A stretch of 38,479 bases of DNA, taken from NCBI GenBank assembly GCA_905178155.1, contig CAJINV010000003.1, positions 10,567,075 through 10,605,553 on the forward strand, read 5' to 3'. Below, in pieces: positions 1-13,107 of this stretch. The position numbers and the translations under genes were made by a program. The stretch comes from Amoebophrya sp. A120 (Eukaryota > Protista > Dinoflagellata). The notes under the pieces are model-generated. The model was given only the letters and a program-made list of their open reading frames with translations. It had not been told where the DNA came from and made no database searches. Each line of letters opens with the position of its first letter. The first letter of the stretch is position 1.

Positions 1-165
1 TTGGCCGTTGGCCGTTTGCGATTTGGCCGCTGGCCGTTTGCGATTTGGCCGCTGGCCGTTGGCCGTTGGCCGTTTGCGATTTGGCCGTTGGCCGTTTGCG
101 ATTTGGCCGTTGGCCGTTGGCCGTTGGCCGTTTGCGATTTGGCCGGTTGCCGTTGGCCGTTGGGC
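1..165. repeat. Tandem satellite of TTGGCCG units interspersed with TTTGCGAT
   Basis: Directly visible repeat units. The ORFs over it are repeat artefacts. Confidence 0.9.
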
Positions 166-3100
166 GGTGGGCGATTTCGCAAATCGCGACAGCTTTGGAA
201 AGTTTCAAAATTGTCAAAAAATTTCCGGCGTGGGCGATTTTCCTCCCCGTCGCAAAGTTTTAACTCGCGCAGCTCAGCAATAGGAGTTATATTCACGAAG
301 AGTGTCTGGTCCTGCGCCGTTGAACAAACAAGGCAGAAAGATGAGACTCGACGCCCTCTATTCCAGGGGTGTGCGTGAAGGAGGGCTCCGGAAGGAGGGC
401 CGCCAAGGCCTATACCGTAGCGGGGTAGTGGTGCACCCCTTCAACCGTCGGTATGACGTGCCAAAATAGTGCGGCTTTTTGGAGGGGGCCTTCGGGGGTC
501 CCCGGAAGAGGCTCCAAGAGAAGGGCACTGGAGGAGGCCACAAGAGAGCGAAAACATAGGAGCAGCAGCAGGTGCAGGTCTCCGAAGCAGGACCAGACGA
601 GGACTCGTGTTAAGTTATGTATGAAGCTACTTGTTTGCCAGTCCCAGTGCATAACGCAAGACGAGCGCACAAGAATAAAGGCGCATGCAATTTCTATAAC
701 CAAGGCAGGCACCCACTTCATGTAGCTGTTTGAGGTCAAGGTGAGGCAACAAAATTTGACATAGTTGGAAGCTGAAATAGATTGCGTCGCCATACGCGAT
801 CCCGTGCGGCTGCAACTTCAAAGACAAAGACTCGCACGCCGTCATCAGCCCGCAGAAAACGATGGAGCTACACTAAGTTTTTGCAGCACGACCGTGATGT
901 TGATGTAGTAGAGCGCTGAGGTCGCTGCCACTCCGCCCTCGTTCGAAGCGATTTGACGTCTGACATGGTTCTCGTCTTCCACCTGTCTCTCCTGTTCAGC
1001 AGCTCAACCCAAAGCAACTGATTGTTGAAGGAGCAACCTTCTACTGTGACCTTGTGGTGCAGCGCGGAATAACGTATGAGATAGAGGCTTTAATGCTAAT
1101 CACATTCTTCGCGTGTAAGTAAAACTAAAAGTATGTGCCCGCCACTTTCTTCTGCTCCTTCTGACGAGTTTCCTAGCTGAAGAACTAACGATTTCAGAAT
1201 ATAGAAAATATCTGCGAAGGCAAACCTCCGATGTACATGTAGTGCTCGTGTAAGTGTATAGATATATATGCAAAGCCAAATGATAAAATAAATGAAAAGC
1301 GGCCAAAATCAAAAATATAAAGACGCATTAGCATAGCGACAGCGAGCAGTTGTAGCTCTACAAGGCCGCCGCGTGTAGGAGGTGTACAAACAGCAATGTC
1401 GAAAGCTTCAAACGAGGAGCGCGCTGTCGGAGCTTTCTCTGCGGTTGATGATATCTTTCCTCAGTTTATAAATATTTCACAGAGGCTGCGGCTTGAAAAT
1501 GAAATTAAATTAACGGACAGAATAAGTTTTACCAGCGCCGTGTGGAGTTAAAGCGAAAGGGCCAACCCTTGGCCATTACCCTACTTTTACTCCTACGGCG
1601 CGTCGATGAATAGACACAAGGCGCGTCGATGAAAGAATTAGAAAGAATTATCCGCAAATTTGGCATTCGCGGTCCGTCCGGGCTCGGCGGCTAGAAAAAA
1701 AGCCCATGCCCGAGCGCGAATCACGAATAATAATGCATCAGAACAACTGGAAAAAGTAAACGTAAAGGAAAAGGACCAGTAATTGAATCTTGGTAGTAAG
1801 TTCCGTTCGTGTGCGCATCATACATCAGCGGGCTTGGCGACGACTACGATTGTCAGAAGTTCTTCCTCAATTGAGACGCAAGATGACAGCACCCATATGA
1901 AGAGACTCAAATTGTAGCTGAGTTATGAGCCTGGGTCTGAGGGTCTCTCTCAAGATACAGAGACGAAGCGGAGGAAGTACCGAAGTCGTTGGAAAGCTAT
2001 CTTGTTGTCGTTCCTCAGTTGATTAAATTACGTACTGTGTCGCGATTGATGCTCTCAACATTTCCCGCCCTTGTAGGGAAGGGAGCCCATGTGCTCGGAG
2101 CACAAAAGTACTTGGTCTATCTTTAGGACCCAGCACATGCCAGGACCGACTGCCAACGCGCTCAGAGTGGGGCAATGTATCCGCCTCAGCTACGCGAGGC
2201 CTGTGGAGCGTCTGGCCTAGTTTGGTCCGTGGAACGCTCGTCGCAGCCGGTCTAGCTCGCAGCTAGACCATCGCGCGCCGCCTTCAGCGTCTAAAAACAT
2301 TGCCCACGCCACTGCAGCCTCCCCTGTGGCATGCCCGTTGCATCCGATCGGCTGCATGTGCAGCCCCGGAGCATACGGCAATGGAACGCCAATACGAGCG
2401 CGCAAAGATGTGCGAGACACGAAGCCACGCGACTGCCGTGCGCCTCCCTGCCACCTAGCAAGCACCAGAAAGCCATGGGCCCGCGTCCGGAGGATTGGGC
2501 TGCGCCGCCCCCCATTGCTCTTACTTACGCGCGTGGACGCATGCAAGGCCCTCGCAGGGCTGGCCCCTGCGCCTTTCCCCTGCGTCCGCGTCTGCCTCCG
2601 GGCTGCTGCCGTAGAGGCTGCCCTGACATCGGGGGGCCTGCTCGTAAGTTGTAGTAGACTCCCCCCCTCCTCCTTTCTCGCTCTGTGGAGAGATGGAGCA
2701 GCAGTAGCATCCGCTAGACTGCAGGATGCGCGGTGAACGCGGCACAAGGCTTACAGCCCGCCGCCGACATTGCAAGACCGTGGCAAAATCAATCAGCACG
2801 ACGCTCGTAGCGAAGACGCATTGATACGGCCATCAGGAACATTGGATATAGAGCGCGCCGGTGCGCTTTAAGTCGCCCCCCCCAGCAAAGGGTGGCCCAG
2901 GCACCTCCAGAATCCTTGTCCACCTCTTGAGATGTTCGCCCACATCACGAACGCAGAGGGTTCCTTCACACCCTTGCTCGCCCGTACTGCGTTGGGTGGA
3001 TCGCTTTCCGGGAGCAGACAGGATCAAACTTAGAGCACCGCAAACCTCTCGCAGAGTCGGCTTGGGCTCCTGGTGTTGCATTCATCGTTGGGAGTATAAT

Positions 3101-3227
3101 GACGCAAGAGCATAAGCCTGGCTGCACTGGCAGCCGACCTGACGCGCACCATCAGAAGTGCGGAACTGGCCGGCGTTTGTGGTGTCTCACCATCAGAAGT
3201 GCGAACTACGAAGGCCGGGGCGTGCCC

Positions 3228-3278
<51 letters not shown>
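3228..3278. repeat. (CAT)17 microsatellite
   Basis: Directly visible. Preceded by a duplicated CACCATCAGAAGTGCG motif near 3147 and 3188. Confidence 0.95.
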
Positions 3279-3279
<1 letters not shown>

Positions 3280-4162
3280 GTCATCGCGTGGAAAGTGTCT
3301 GCGTGTATGCTCTCAGCATTGATTTAGCACAGAAATATAATCGCGCGCAAGTGCTTACCTCATCAGCTCAAGTAGATCGATGATGCCGATCTTGATCTAT
3401 CAAGAAAAATGATACTTGAAGACGAGGAAGGTTTTTTTATTTTGTTGCAAGGATGGCGACAAATTAGAGTTAAAGTTAAAGAAAAACAAAAAGTGTTTGC
3501 CCAATTGAAATCCGATCAACAAGCAGGTGAAGATCATCATCATCGCGTGTGTTTTTTTACTGATGAATAAACAACACCAGTATAATGTAGGGGCCTTGCT
3601 ACCCTGACCTCCGTCCCCTACCGTTTGTAATGATCTGAGAAGTCGAGGATAATTGCAGGCTTGTGTAATAATCAGAAAGGTCATTGTGGACTAGTATTCT
3701 TGGTCATGCAGTAGCCGATCTTGGGGCCGCGTGGTGCCTGGATATTGATGACAAACGAAGATTCCAAAACCAAAAGATGACTGAAGATCATACACATACA
3801 AATGAGATTAATATAGATTGCAACGCGGGAAGGCGAAACACCCCCCGAGGATCCAAGATTCTTGTCGAGGAGGTTAGTTCGCTCATCTTGTTGTGGAGGC
3901 CATAATATAGCAGCTCGCTGCGGTCATTTTTTTGCTTTTTTTCACCCAGTAAGTAAGAGCGCCACCAGGCGAAGTACCATGATTGATGGCCACAAGCAAC
4001 TGACTCCTAAAAACTAAGAAATATATAAGTAAGTACTTTTTGCACCGCAGTTAGCACAACGCATCTCGTCGTCATCTATTTTTCGACTTCACACCTGGGA
4101 TTATCTTCTGTTTGAGTTCATGCAGCGACATTGCTCAGCCTCAGCCTCAGGAAACATTCCTC

Positions 4163-4951
4163 ATGCGCTCAGCATCATCATCTGTATCTCTGCCGCGACA
4201 TTTAGATTTATTGATGATTCGGGCGCTTCTTGACAGTACCAGTAGTTCTAGTTCTATGAATAGCATCTTCTTCGCACGGCCAACTCGAGTAGCCGTGTCG
4301 TCCTGGATACCATTATTTTCCAGAGGAGCTACGAGGTGCATTTTCTACCCGACGATGTCATACGTGCTCGCCACAACAGCCGTGATTTCATCCATAAGAT
4401 TGCCCGGAATGGCGACGGCGTCGGTAGTTTCGCCGGACGAAGGACAACCTGCAGCAGGTGTTGCCGCAAGGACCGAAGTACAAGTAGTCGTCGAGAGCAG
4501 CCGTTCCGCTGAACACTTGTCTAAAAATGTAGTATTGGACCGAAGCGATAGCGAGAGGGAAATAAAGTCCCCGGTGCTTGCCCTACCTGGTCTTGGTGAT
4601 GAACAGGCAGGAGCTCATAGGGACACATCAACTACAACTCCAGCGCCGACAGTTTTGGAAGTCAACGGGGAGCGGATTACCTTGGACTCCCTAGGACCCG
4701 TCATCCTGAATGAAGATGGAACGTTGGCGCGCATAACGAACTGGCATGAGATGATGGAACACGAGCAAACTAGCACTCTTCGCATCATCGCCAAGAGGAA
4801 CGCCAAGCGCAGACAGAAGTTGTTGCAGCAACAAGAGCAGCAAAATAATGCCCAGACGAAGATGCAACCCCAAGTCCAAATAGATTCGCAAACAAAGGCC
4901 CAAGATGAAAAGGAAAGAAACACGACGATGGCGACGAGCGCGGATCTGTGA
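4163..4951 (+). CDS. Conserved hypothetical protein (start uncertain: ATG at 4163, 4355 or 4409)
   Basis: The segment LDSLGPVILNEDGTLARITNWHEMMEHEQTSTLRIIAKRNAKRR resembles an uncharacterised domain I recall from fungal and protist proteins. Gln-rich tail. Confidence 0.7.
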   Translation: MRSASSSVSLPRHLDLLMIRALLDSTSSSSSMNSIFFARPTRVAVSSWIPLFSRGATRCIFYPTMSYVLATTAVISSIRLPGMATASVVSPDEGQPAAGVAARTEVQVVVESSRSAEHLSKNVVLDRSDSEREIKSPVLALPGLGDEQAGAHRDTSTTTPAPTVLEVNGERITLDSLGPVILNEDGTLARITNWHEMMEHEQTSTLRIIAKRNAKRRQKLLQQQEQQNNAQTKMQPQVQIDSQTKAQDEKERNTTMATSADL

Positions 4952-4972
4952 CTTTGATGAGCAGCGGAAGAC

Positions 4973-5695
4973 TATATCAGAAGCGAACTGATACTCAACA
5001 TGATAAGTCCAGGTGCGCTTGTGGCATCCAAATATTTACAAATGGAAATGCTCCTCGATGGAGTTTCAGTCTCTCGCAAGTAGAACAAATGGAAGCTTGG
5101 GCTTGCGCCACTGAAAGAAAGCTGACCACGGCTGCGTCGACTTATCGTGCCACATTGTTTTGTTCATACGACAACAATCTTGCCACTTTTATATTCGACG
5201 AAGTTCAGCAATCGAGGACTTGATGCTAGACCAAGACTCATAACTTTGTGACCATGATAGCGAAGGACCGTCGTGCCATGATGAAAAGCGTTCTCCCAAC
5301 ATGCTGCATGTACTTTTTGTGACAGTCTGTCACTTTGTTGAATAAAGTGAGTCACCTTGAGTGACACGAATCAGCCGTGTATTCAACGTCTTGATCATCA
5401 TGTGCACATTGCATGCAGCCGTCGGTTCATTATTTTTGAAGCTGCTTAATGCATGACTGAAGGTCGTGCCTGTGCGATGGCTTTCGTTTTTCGTACGAGT
5501 AGTTTGCGTTTTACCCACGAACCACACGCAGCTGTTAGCATCAGATGTTGTCTCGGAGCTTGTGGTCACTGTAATATCATCAGATGAGAGGACTTCGCTT
5601 TTGCTGGAAAAAATGGCCACTATATTCATGCGGGTGCGGGTTTGTATATGAGTCTTCACATTGCATGATCATGATGAGTCGCAGTATCTTCTCTA
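4973..5695. mobile_element. Possible degenerate TIR-bounded non-autonomous element
   Basis: AGAAGCGAACTGATACTCAACATGAT near 4979 is an imperfect reverse complement of ATCATGATGAGTCGCAGTATCTTCT near 5668-5692. No clean TSD. Confidence 0.3.
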
Positions 5696-5983
5696 GCACA
5701 AGCATCTAAAGTAGAGGGCATCGCATAAAAAAGGCTAGCAGCACCATCTTCGTGAAACTAGTAGACGGCTGTAGAAAGTAGTAGATCTAAATATTTGAAG
5801 CTGGCTATAGACTTTTTCTCCTCCTCTTCCTTGACCAGAAAGAGATCATCCAAAAATTGTCCCCCGCACTCTTTGTATTTGTTGATTGAGCAGCAGAAGC
5901 ACCTGCAACGTAGTTGTTCCTGACAAGCGAAAATGCTCACACGACAAACGAGGAGCTAACTACATTGGCCACTTGATCAGCAG

Positions 5984-8900
5984 ATGGAGATGCCCGAGAA
6001 AATAGAAGAACTACCGACGAGCGCAAGAGCCGGCACCGCGTACCAGGACGAGAACTTCTACGGAACCGAGCTGTTACAGGAGTGTCCACTTCTACGCCGG
6101 TACCTCTCCGAGCGCGGCATTCCCCACCTGCGAGATTTCCAGGTCGAAGCGCTGAAGCAGTTTCGTCGTGGTGGTGACAGTTTAGTAGTGGTCGCGACGG
6201 GTCTGGGCAAGTCTCTCTGCTACCAGCTGGCGCCGCTCGTTTGGAAAGGCACTGGTGGTGTGCGGCGAGGACACCAGAAAGCAGCGCTAAATGATGTCCA
6301 CAAGGACCAGCAGCACTCTCCGCAGTGTACTTCTTCAGAACTATTGCAAGACACGAAATGCGCGAAAATTTGTTTCGTGGTGTCTCCCCTGATTTCGCTC
6401 ATGCAAGATCAGGTACGTAACCTGAATAGCTCCCTTTACAGCAGTGACGAGGAAGTAGTACTAGCGGACAAACCCGGAGAACGAGAGACGAGAGGCGTCA
6501 AGGACCAAGAGGCAGCACAAAAAGACGAAGCAGCAGAGAACAAGGAGTCCCGTGGCCGACTGACCCGAGAAATTGAGCTGCGTGCCTGCTACCTGGGCTC
6601 GGCGCAGCGGGATAAGCAGATCTTTGATAAGGTTGTCGATGGGCAGTTTGACCTTGTGTATGCGAGCCCGGAATGGATCCTCAACAATGAATCCCGTCTT
6701 GCACAGCTGGCGCCGCGAATTTGCCTTTTTGCCGTTGATGAGGCTCACTGCGTCGCAGAGTGGGGCCACGATTTTCGGCCGGAGTATCAAAAGCTTGGCG
6801 CGGTTTTCCGGGGCGAACGCGGTAGTTACAAGGAGCAGATACGTGGCGGGGTTGTAAATGCCGGCTCAACAACATCTCACACACTGCCAAACCAGCGCGA
6901 GTCTCTGCGCAACATTCCAATCATGTGTCTGTCAGCCACCTGCCCAGCCTCCGTCCAGGATACGATATACCAGAAGATGCAGCTGCAGGCAACCTGCTGC
7001 CTTATCAAAGGCCGGCAAAATCGACCTAATCTGCACTACAGGGTTCTGTTTTGCGAAAACGAGATTGATGCGCAGGGGCAACTTTTGTCCATGCTACTGG
7101 GGCACGATCGACGGGGTGACAACTCTGACTGCATCAGGAACGACACGACGAGCACGACAAGTAGAAATGCCTCTGCCGGGGGCGCTGGTGCTTTCGCAGG
7201 CGCTTCCGTGGCAAACGCTTCGGCTAGGACAGTCGTGAAGGTGAAGATGCCGTCGACTATTATTTACCTGAACACCAAGGCAGAGGCGGACATGCTTACG
7301 GGTACGTTAGCGAAAACTGTCCCCACTACCCCGGTTTTCCCCAAAGAAAAAAAATTTTCATGCATTGCCGCAACTCCACGATAACCGGCCCCGCAACCTT
7401 CCCGGACGGCATCCACCAGCGGCTCTCCTAGACGGATAATTCCTGAGGTTAATATGCAAGATAAGAAGTTAGTTAGCTAGTGGCGCACAAAAACTAAGTC
7501 GTTACTTTTTGAGATATTAGATCGTGTGTATCTTTTTTAGCTATCTAGGCCTTTTCCGCGGCTGGAATACGGCGACGAAGCTCCGCTGCATTGCCTGGAC
7601 TTGCTGGTGCATCAAGGACACGTAACTGGAGAAGGTCCTGCTGTGCTGTTACCTCGTCTACGCGGTAACAGTTCTACGAAGGGGTTCAACGGGATCGGCC
7701 GCGAGGAACATCTTCGTGTTGCTCTGCCCCAGGAGATGGGCCCGGAATCCGGAGCGCGGAGGCCTTTCTTAATTGGCATACATATATATAGAAGGACTGC
7801 AAATCTAGTTATTGTGCGCCACTAGCTAAAAACTAATTTCTTTCATTCCATAAAGGGATGCACACCGGGAGGATCGGGTTGCTCGTCTCGGCTGTTCGCG
7901 GAGGAGGTCGGCTACGAAGGGCTCATCCTGGTCGAACTTGGATCGAAGAAAAAAAAAAAGTTACTTGGGGAAAACCGGGGTAGTGGGGACAGTTTTCGCT
8001 AACGTAACGGGGTTTTTGAGCAAAAACATTTCGTGCGCACAACAAGGAGGGCGAGTTCTGGAGGTCGGTTCATCTACTGCAAGCGCGTGCTTGGTAGCGG
8101 GAGTGTCGACGCCACTCTATCAGATGCAAAAAAATGCACCGGCGCAGCGTGACGTAGGACGCCCTCGCAGTGATGTGGTCACTGTAGTGCCTTGTTCGGG
8201 GGGGACCACCACCACAACAACATCCACAAACGACGAAGACGCGAGCTGCACAAACATGCTCTATCCCATAGTCGAGGCGTACCACGGGGGTCGGTCGGCG
8301 GAAGAGCGAGCGCGTGTGTATGAAAATTTTCAGGCGGGGAGTACCGCGATTGTGTGCTGCACCGTGGCGTTCGGCATGGGTATCAACAAAAAGGACGTGC
8401 GCCGGGTGATTCATTTTGGCGCCCCGAAGAGTCTCTTCCACTACATCCAGCAAACAGGGCGGGCTGGACGCGACGGGCTAGTCGCTCACTGCACCGCGCT
8501 GATCACCAAATCTGACGAAGCCAAGTCTTTCCGGCGGGTGCAAACAGCACGCGAGCAGGAGGCGCACAAGAAGGTGTGGAACTTTCTCTACAGTCGGCAC
8601 TGTCGGCGGGGCCAGATTCTCGACGAGCTCGAGGAGAGCGACTCTTGGAGGAATGAGCCGGCGCGGGGGGCGTGCTTTGCACTCGATCCGGCCGGGCGTG
8701 CCGTTCCCTGGCTCTCGCCCCAGCGCTACCGGACGTTCTGTGGCTTCTGCGATTGTTGCGACCAAAATTCGCCGTTTCCGAACGAACCTGGCAAGCTACG
8801 GCGTCTCCTGCGAGAAGTGGGCGATGAAGGAACATCTTGTTCACCAAGAAGCGCAGAAGAGATGTTGGCCTCGGGCGGCGGGCACCGGATCCGCAGCAAC

Positions 8901-10862
8901 AAACGCCGTCGTGTCTCCGACCAGTCCCAGTCGATAATTAGTCTTTCATATTCCTATTCGGCGGGCGGCGAAAATGACTCCGTAGTGGACAAATTGTACG
9001 CGCTGCGAGCCTGCAGCCACGATGCGGTTGGCGCACAAGATATGACTGTCAAGCCGGCGGCGCAGTTCAGCGAAGACGTGCCGTCGATCTCCATTGCTGG
9101 TCTGACGAAAAACGCTCAGGACACAGCATCAGGATCAGCATCGAAAGGCGGACGAGGCGGCAATCGTTTTCACTTTTCCGCCACCAAAGGCAAAGGTACT
9201 ACCGGGTTAGAAAAGCAGGTGAGCAGTACTCGCTTTGTCGCGACGACCCGAGGCGCCGGCGGAAATTTCCGCAAAAATTTGGCCTCTTTCAACAACGCAG
9301 TTGATTTCACCGCGGATGCCGGAGTTTTCTTGCGTGCGTTGGTAGCGTGCCACGGCCAGACAGGGTTGAATCTTGCTATCAGTGTGTTGGTTGGTAAGAG
9401 CAACCAGCAAGTGAAGAAGCGTGGCCTAGATAAGGGTGCGGAATTCGGGACTGGCGTGCACCGCTCCGAGGCCTTCTGGAAAGCGTTTGGACGCGTCGTT
9501 GAGCAGGCGAACCTTGCGGAGCAAGTGGCCAGAGAAATGTCCACCGGAATCCGTTACTTTGCTTGGCGGGCAACCGATTCAGGGAAGAAGTTCCTGCTAC
9601 CACGGACTACCGAAACCGAAAAGAAGAATCACCAAAGCGGAATAAAGACGATAGTGCTATCTTCCGAATCTTCATCTGCCGACCGTCGTGATCTCTGCAA
9701 AAGCACAACTCCCGGCCTCGTCGCAGCGCGGGAGGCTGAAGCTGCAATGCCTTCGCTTTTTGTCGACTTGCCGCTTCCGAAAGATCTTGCGGATGCCCTC
9801 GCGCTCGCAGACGCGAGACATGTTGCGAACGCGGCGGTGCACGGCCGCAGAGCTGCCATGACTACAGGAGGCGTCACGGCGGTCCTCGGCTGTTGTACTG
9901 CTTCTAGAACAAGTGCCAGCACATTGTCCAGCAGAAACACGCAAGGCGGTCACGAGCGCAAGGCCGCGGCAGCGACTGGAACGCAGGCGGATGAGTTATT
10001 CGACCACTTAAAGCAACTAAGACTGGTGTACAGCCGCGGCAAAGCACTACCTGACTACATCAAGCAAGGTCCTTTTCTGCGTAACTTGGCCAACGTACGA
10101 CCTTCCTCGGTGGCGAAGTGCATGACCATCACAGGATACGACGGAGGTGTGTTGCCATCAGTACTGGAAAAGTTCGTTAAGCTGGTCGTCGATTACTGCC
10201 GACGACACAACCTGCCCACAGACGACTTCGCTGCTGATGGCGCACCAGCTCCTTGTGTGGATGAAGAAGTGAAGATGAACGTTGCAGATGAAGCAGGAAT
10301 TAGTACTATTGCAAAGAGTACTAGTAGCTACCTTATTCTTGCTGCTCCTGCTCCTTTGAGCCGTGTAGCTGAAGACCACCACGAAGGGGCGTGCAAACAA
10401 GAAGACCCGATGAACCACAACAAGGAGAACAAGAAGTGTGCCTCGAGTAGGGGGATTGGTGCTGACGCGGCTACGTCCGTTTCGTCCACTATTGCTCCTC
10501 GAAGGGACGAAAGGGAGAAGGAGAACTTCGCAAGCCTCCCACTACCTGCAACGTCGTTCACGTCACGACGAGGAATGTCGTCGTATGTTCCTGGTGCTTA
10601 CCCTGGTTCTACTACTAGCGCGCACAACCTCAGAGGTGGCGCCTTCAGGCTACCGTCTCTTTTCGGGTGCGCACAAGAGCAAGAACAACCTGCAGGAGAG
10701 CCAGAGGCGCGGCGACTTTGTGTGGATGGGGGGGCGCCTGGGGCAGCCACTCACGGTGTTGAAGTGGAAACACATGGACATGGAGGTGGCTCGCTGCTTC
10801 ATTATATTGCTTTGCCACCGCAATTGAAAAAGCCTAAACTCGGCGTGAAGGATCGTCGATGA
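5984..10862 (+). CDS. recQ: RecQ-family (WRN-like) DNA helicase, two exons (about 5984-7301 and 8011-10862; 1389 aa after removing 709 nt)
   Basis: Before the insertion: motifs [53 protein letters not shown]. After it: [33 protein letters not shown], an RQC Zn site (CRRGQIL...CGFCDCC), a winged-helix region and an HRDC-like region. The joined sequence reads EADMLTGFLSK in frame. Confidence 0.93.
7303..8006. mobile_element. TIR element / putative non-canonical intron (introner) in the RecQ gene
   Basis: Perfect 42-bp TIR (7303-7344 vs 7965-8006), TA...TA ends, perfect 5-bp TSD ACGGG (7298-7302, 8007-8011). Internal 18-bp inverted repeat 7473-7490 vs 7812-7829. Confidence 0.93.
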
Positions 10863-10923
10863 CTCTGTGAGGGTAGATGCTTTAAGTATTTCAACTTCTG
10901 AACAAAAGACACGGCTAATGCGT

Positions 10924-10947
10924 TGATGATGATGATGATGATGATGA
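10924..10947. repeat. (TGA)8 microsatellite
   Basis: Directly visible. Confidence 0.9.
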
Positions 10948-11681
10948 CTTCCTTATTTGGCCGTCCGCGTGCTTAACCTGAGCAGCACAGCGCCACACCG
11001 CGCCCAACCAGTCCGAGGCGGGCCCTTTAGGGTGTTGCCGCGTCGTGCGCAAGGGGGCCCGGCATGGCGTGCCCCTCCCGGCGGCCTTGTGCAGTATTGG
11101 TAGGTGGAGGCGCACCGTCGTAAGCCCTACTGCCTCACATAGTGCGCAGCACGCAGCCGGCGGCACTTGCCGAAGATTGGCGAAAACGGTGGGGCCTGCG
11201 CTATTCTGGAAGGCCTGGGCTGGCGCCTTACTCCCCTGGCGGGGCCGCAAGATAGACCGTTCCCGGGAGGCGGTGCAAGAGGCGGCGGAGGCTCCGCCTG
11301 TGTGAGCCCCAACCGCCACAGCTTGCGCCCTACATTCTGCCCGTCCGGCAATAGCCGGATGTCCGTGGAGCCGCTCTGGAAGCGCACCTCCTTACGCACG
11401 TAGCGTAATTATTCTGTCGTGTCAGTCCGCCCGGTGTGCACCCTCTGAATGATGCTGCTATAAGGAGCCAGTGCTCGAAGCAGGGCAGCACAGCGCGCCC
11501 ATTTCCCTTCATGCGCGCTGCTCTCCTTCGGCTTTCACGACTTGAGGCCGTGTGTCGCGTTGAAGGGTTTTCGCGCGTCCTGCTCCCACAGCCGTGTTAT
11601 CAGCCGGATCATCGCAAGTATAGCCTGGTCAAAGAGCGAGCGCCGCATCTGTTTGAAACAAGAGCGGATCATATACATAGC

Positions 11682-12510
11682 TAGAGCATTTTATAGGCAA
11701 GGGAGTGAAACTTCGAAGGGATTCAAGGGAGCCAAGGGAGGAAGATAAAATTTGTACAAATTTTCTCCCCTTAAATCATCGCCAAAATGCATGCCATGGG
11801 TGCGCTTACCGGTCGCCGGTTTGCGCCCTGCTGCCCCCCCCCCCGCTGCGGCCCCAGGTTTGTCCGCGTTTAGGCATTGGCTCGCTGCCGAAGGCCCTGG
11901 CCTCTTGAAGAAGGTGAGGGCTTCTAGAGTCGCCCCCGTCAGGGCGGCCTGGCCTGGCCTCTGCCTGGCAACATAGAGCGCGGAGCCGAAGGAACGCGTA
12001 AACTGTTGCCGTGGCCATGTCGAATTTCCGTCGTCCGGGGGAAGTCGCGGCAGCCACTTCAGCAACTTGCTTGTCGAGATCTTTCGGGCGAGGTTCTGCG
12101 TGACCAGATTCAACGTCATGCCGAACAGAGAACACGAAATGGAAATGTTGAGGCGACCACTTCGACTCTCTCCAATCGGGAAAGAGTTGCGGTGGCCGTC
12201 GGAACGCGCAGCAAGCTCGAAGCTCAAACGCGTAGAATATGCAGCCTGCTTCGCGCTGATGCTTCGCAACATTCCCACACGTGGGCGCATGTTTCACGTG
12301 CCTCGCTGCGCGCGCGCAGCGCGCGGCCCGAAAAATTTTTTGCTGTGTGCGCACAGAAGATGTCGATCTGCGCGCGCGCAGCGCGCGCCGCGAGAAATTT
12401 TTGCTATATGCCGATCGCATTGGCGCGCGCGACTGCTTTTTTATCTTACTCCCTTGACTCCCTTGAAAACAAAAGTTGCGCTGTACTCCCTTGGCTGGCG
12501 CCAGACACTA
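11682..12510. mobile_element. Non-autonomous TIR element (TAG...CTA ends)
   Basis: 29-bp subterminal inverted repeat with 2 mismatches (11722-11750 vs 12439-12467). The left ~225 bp recur at 31179-31406, with homology starting at TAGAG. TSD not clean. Confidence 0.7.
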
Positions 12511-12525
12511 ATAAACCTAACATGC

Positions 12526-13107
12526 ATACATACAGTTTTGTCTTTCTTGGTTTACGCGCGACACGATGATCAGACTCAGATACCATGATCTACGTCAATC
12601 GTAATCGAAGCCAACGCGGTCCTGGCCTGGAACTGGATGAAGGCGAAGACAAACAACAATCGACCTTTGAGTTCTCTTGTCTTCGCAACCTCATCAAGAA
12701 CAAACCATAATGCCCATGCTCCGAGCGTGAGCGTGTCAGCACTGGGATGGGGGCGAAGGTGCGCACGCCGCGGTGTTTTTAATGCTGAGTGTTGCTTCTC
12801 CTTGGAGGGCTCTTCTTCGGTCTTCGTCGCGTTCACAACAGACGATGAGGATATGCAGAGAAGCAATGTTTATCATTTACATTTATCAAAAGGCACTTAG
12901 ATGATGCGAGTGTTAGGGTCGTGAAGTGGTTTTGGCGTTCAGCTTGAGTGATTCGTCCGTTTGGTGCCATTCCAATGAGCAGTAGGTAGACGTGTCTCTA
13001 GCTACTAGCCTTACGATGGCTATGCGCGCCTTGTTCGGGTTCGGCGCTTGGTTCTGTGCCGAACCTGCAGTAGACGCCTACATCTTGCGCAAAATCAGAA
13101 GGATGAA
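12526..13107 (+). repeat. Shared 5' cassette copy 1 (upstream region plus signal-peptide-like leader)
   Basis: Near-identical to 16766-16812 plus 18013-18627, and partly to 26420-26659. Confidence 0.9.

Noticed and set aside
410-845. Minus-strand membrane protein ORFs
   Set aside because: Short, fragmented and without recognisable motifs.
7303-8006. Ciliate IES-type excision leaving one TA
   Set aside because: Removing the element minus 2 nt (702 here, 253 at 29570) does not restore the frame, whereas element plus 5 nt does.
12920-12960. Relic dinoflagellate spliced-leader sequence
   Set aside because: Only TTTTGGC matches the leader, which is too short to support.
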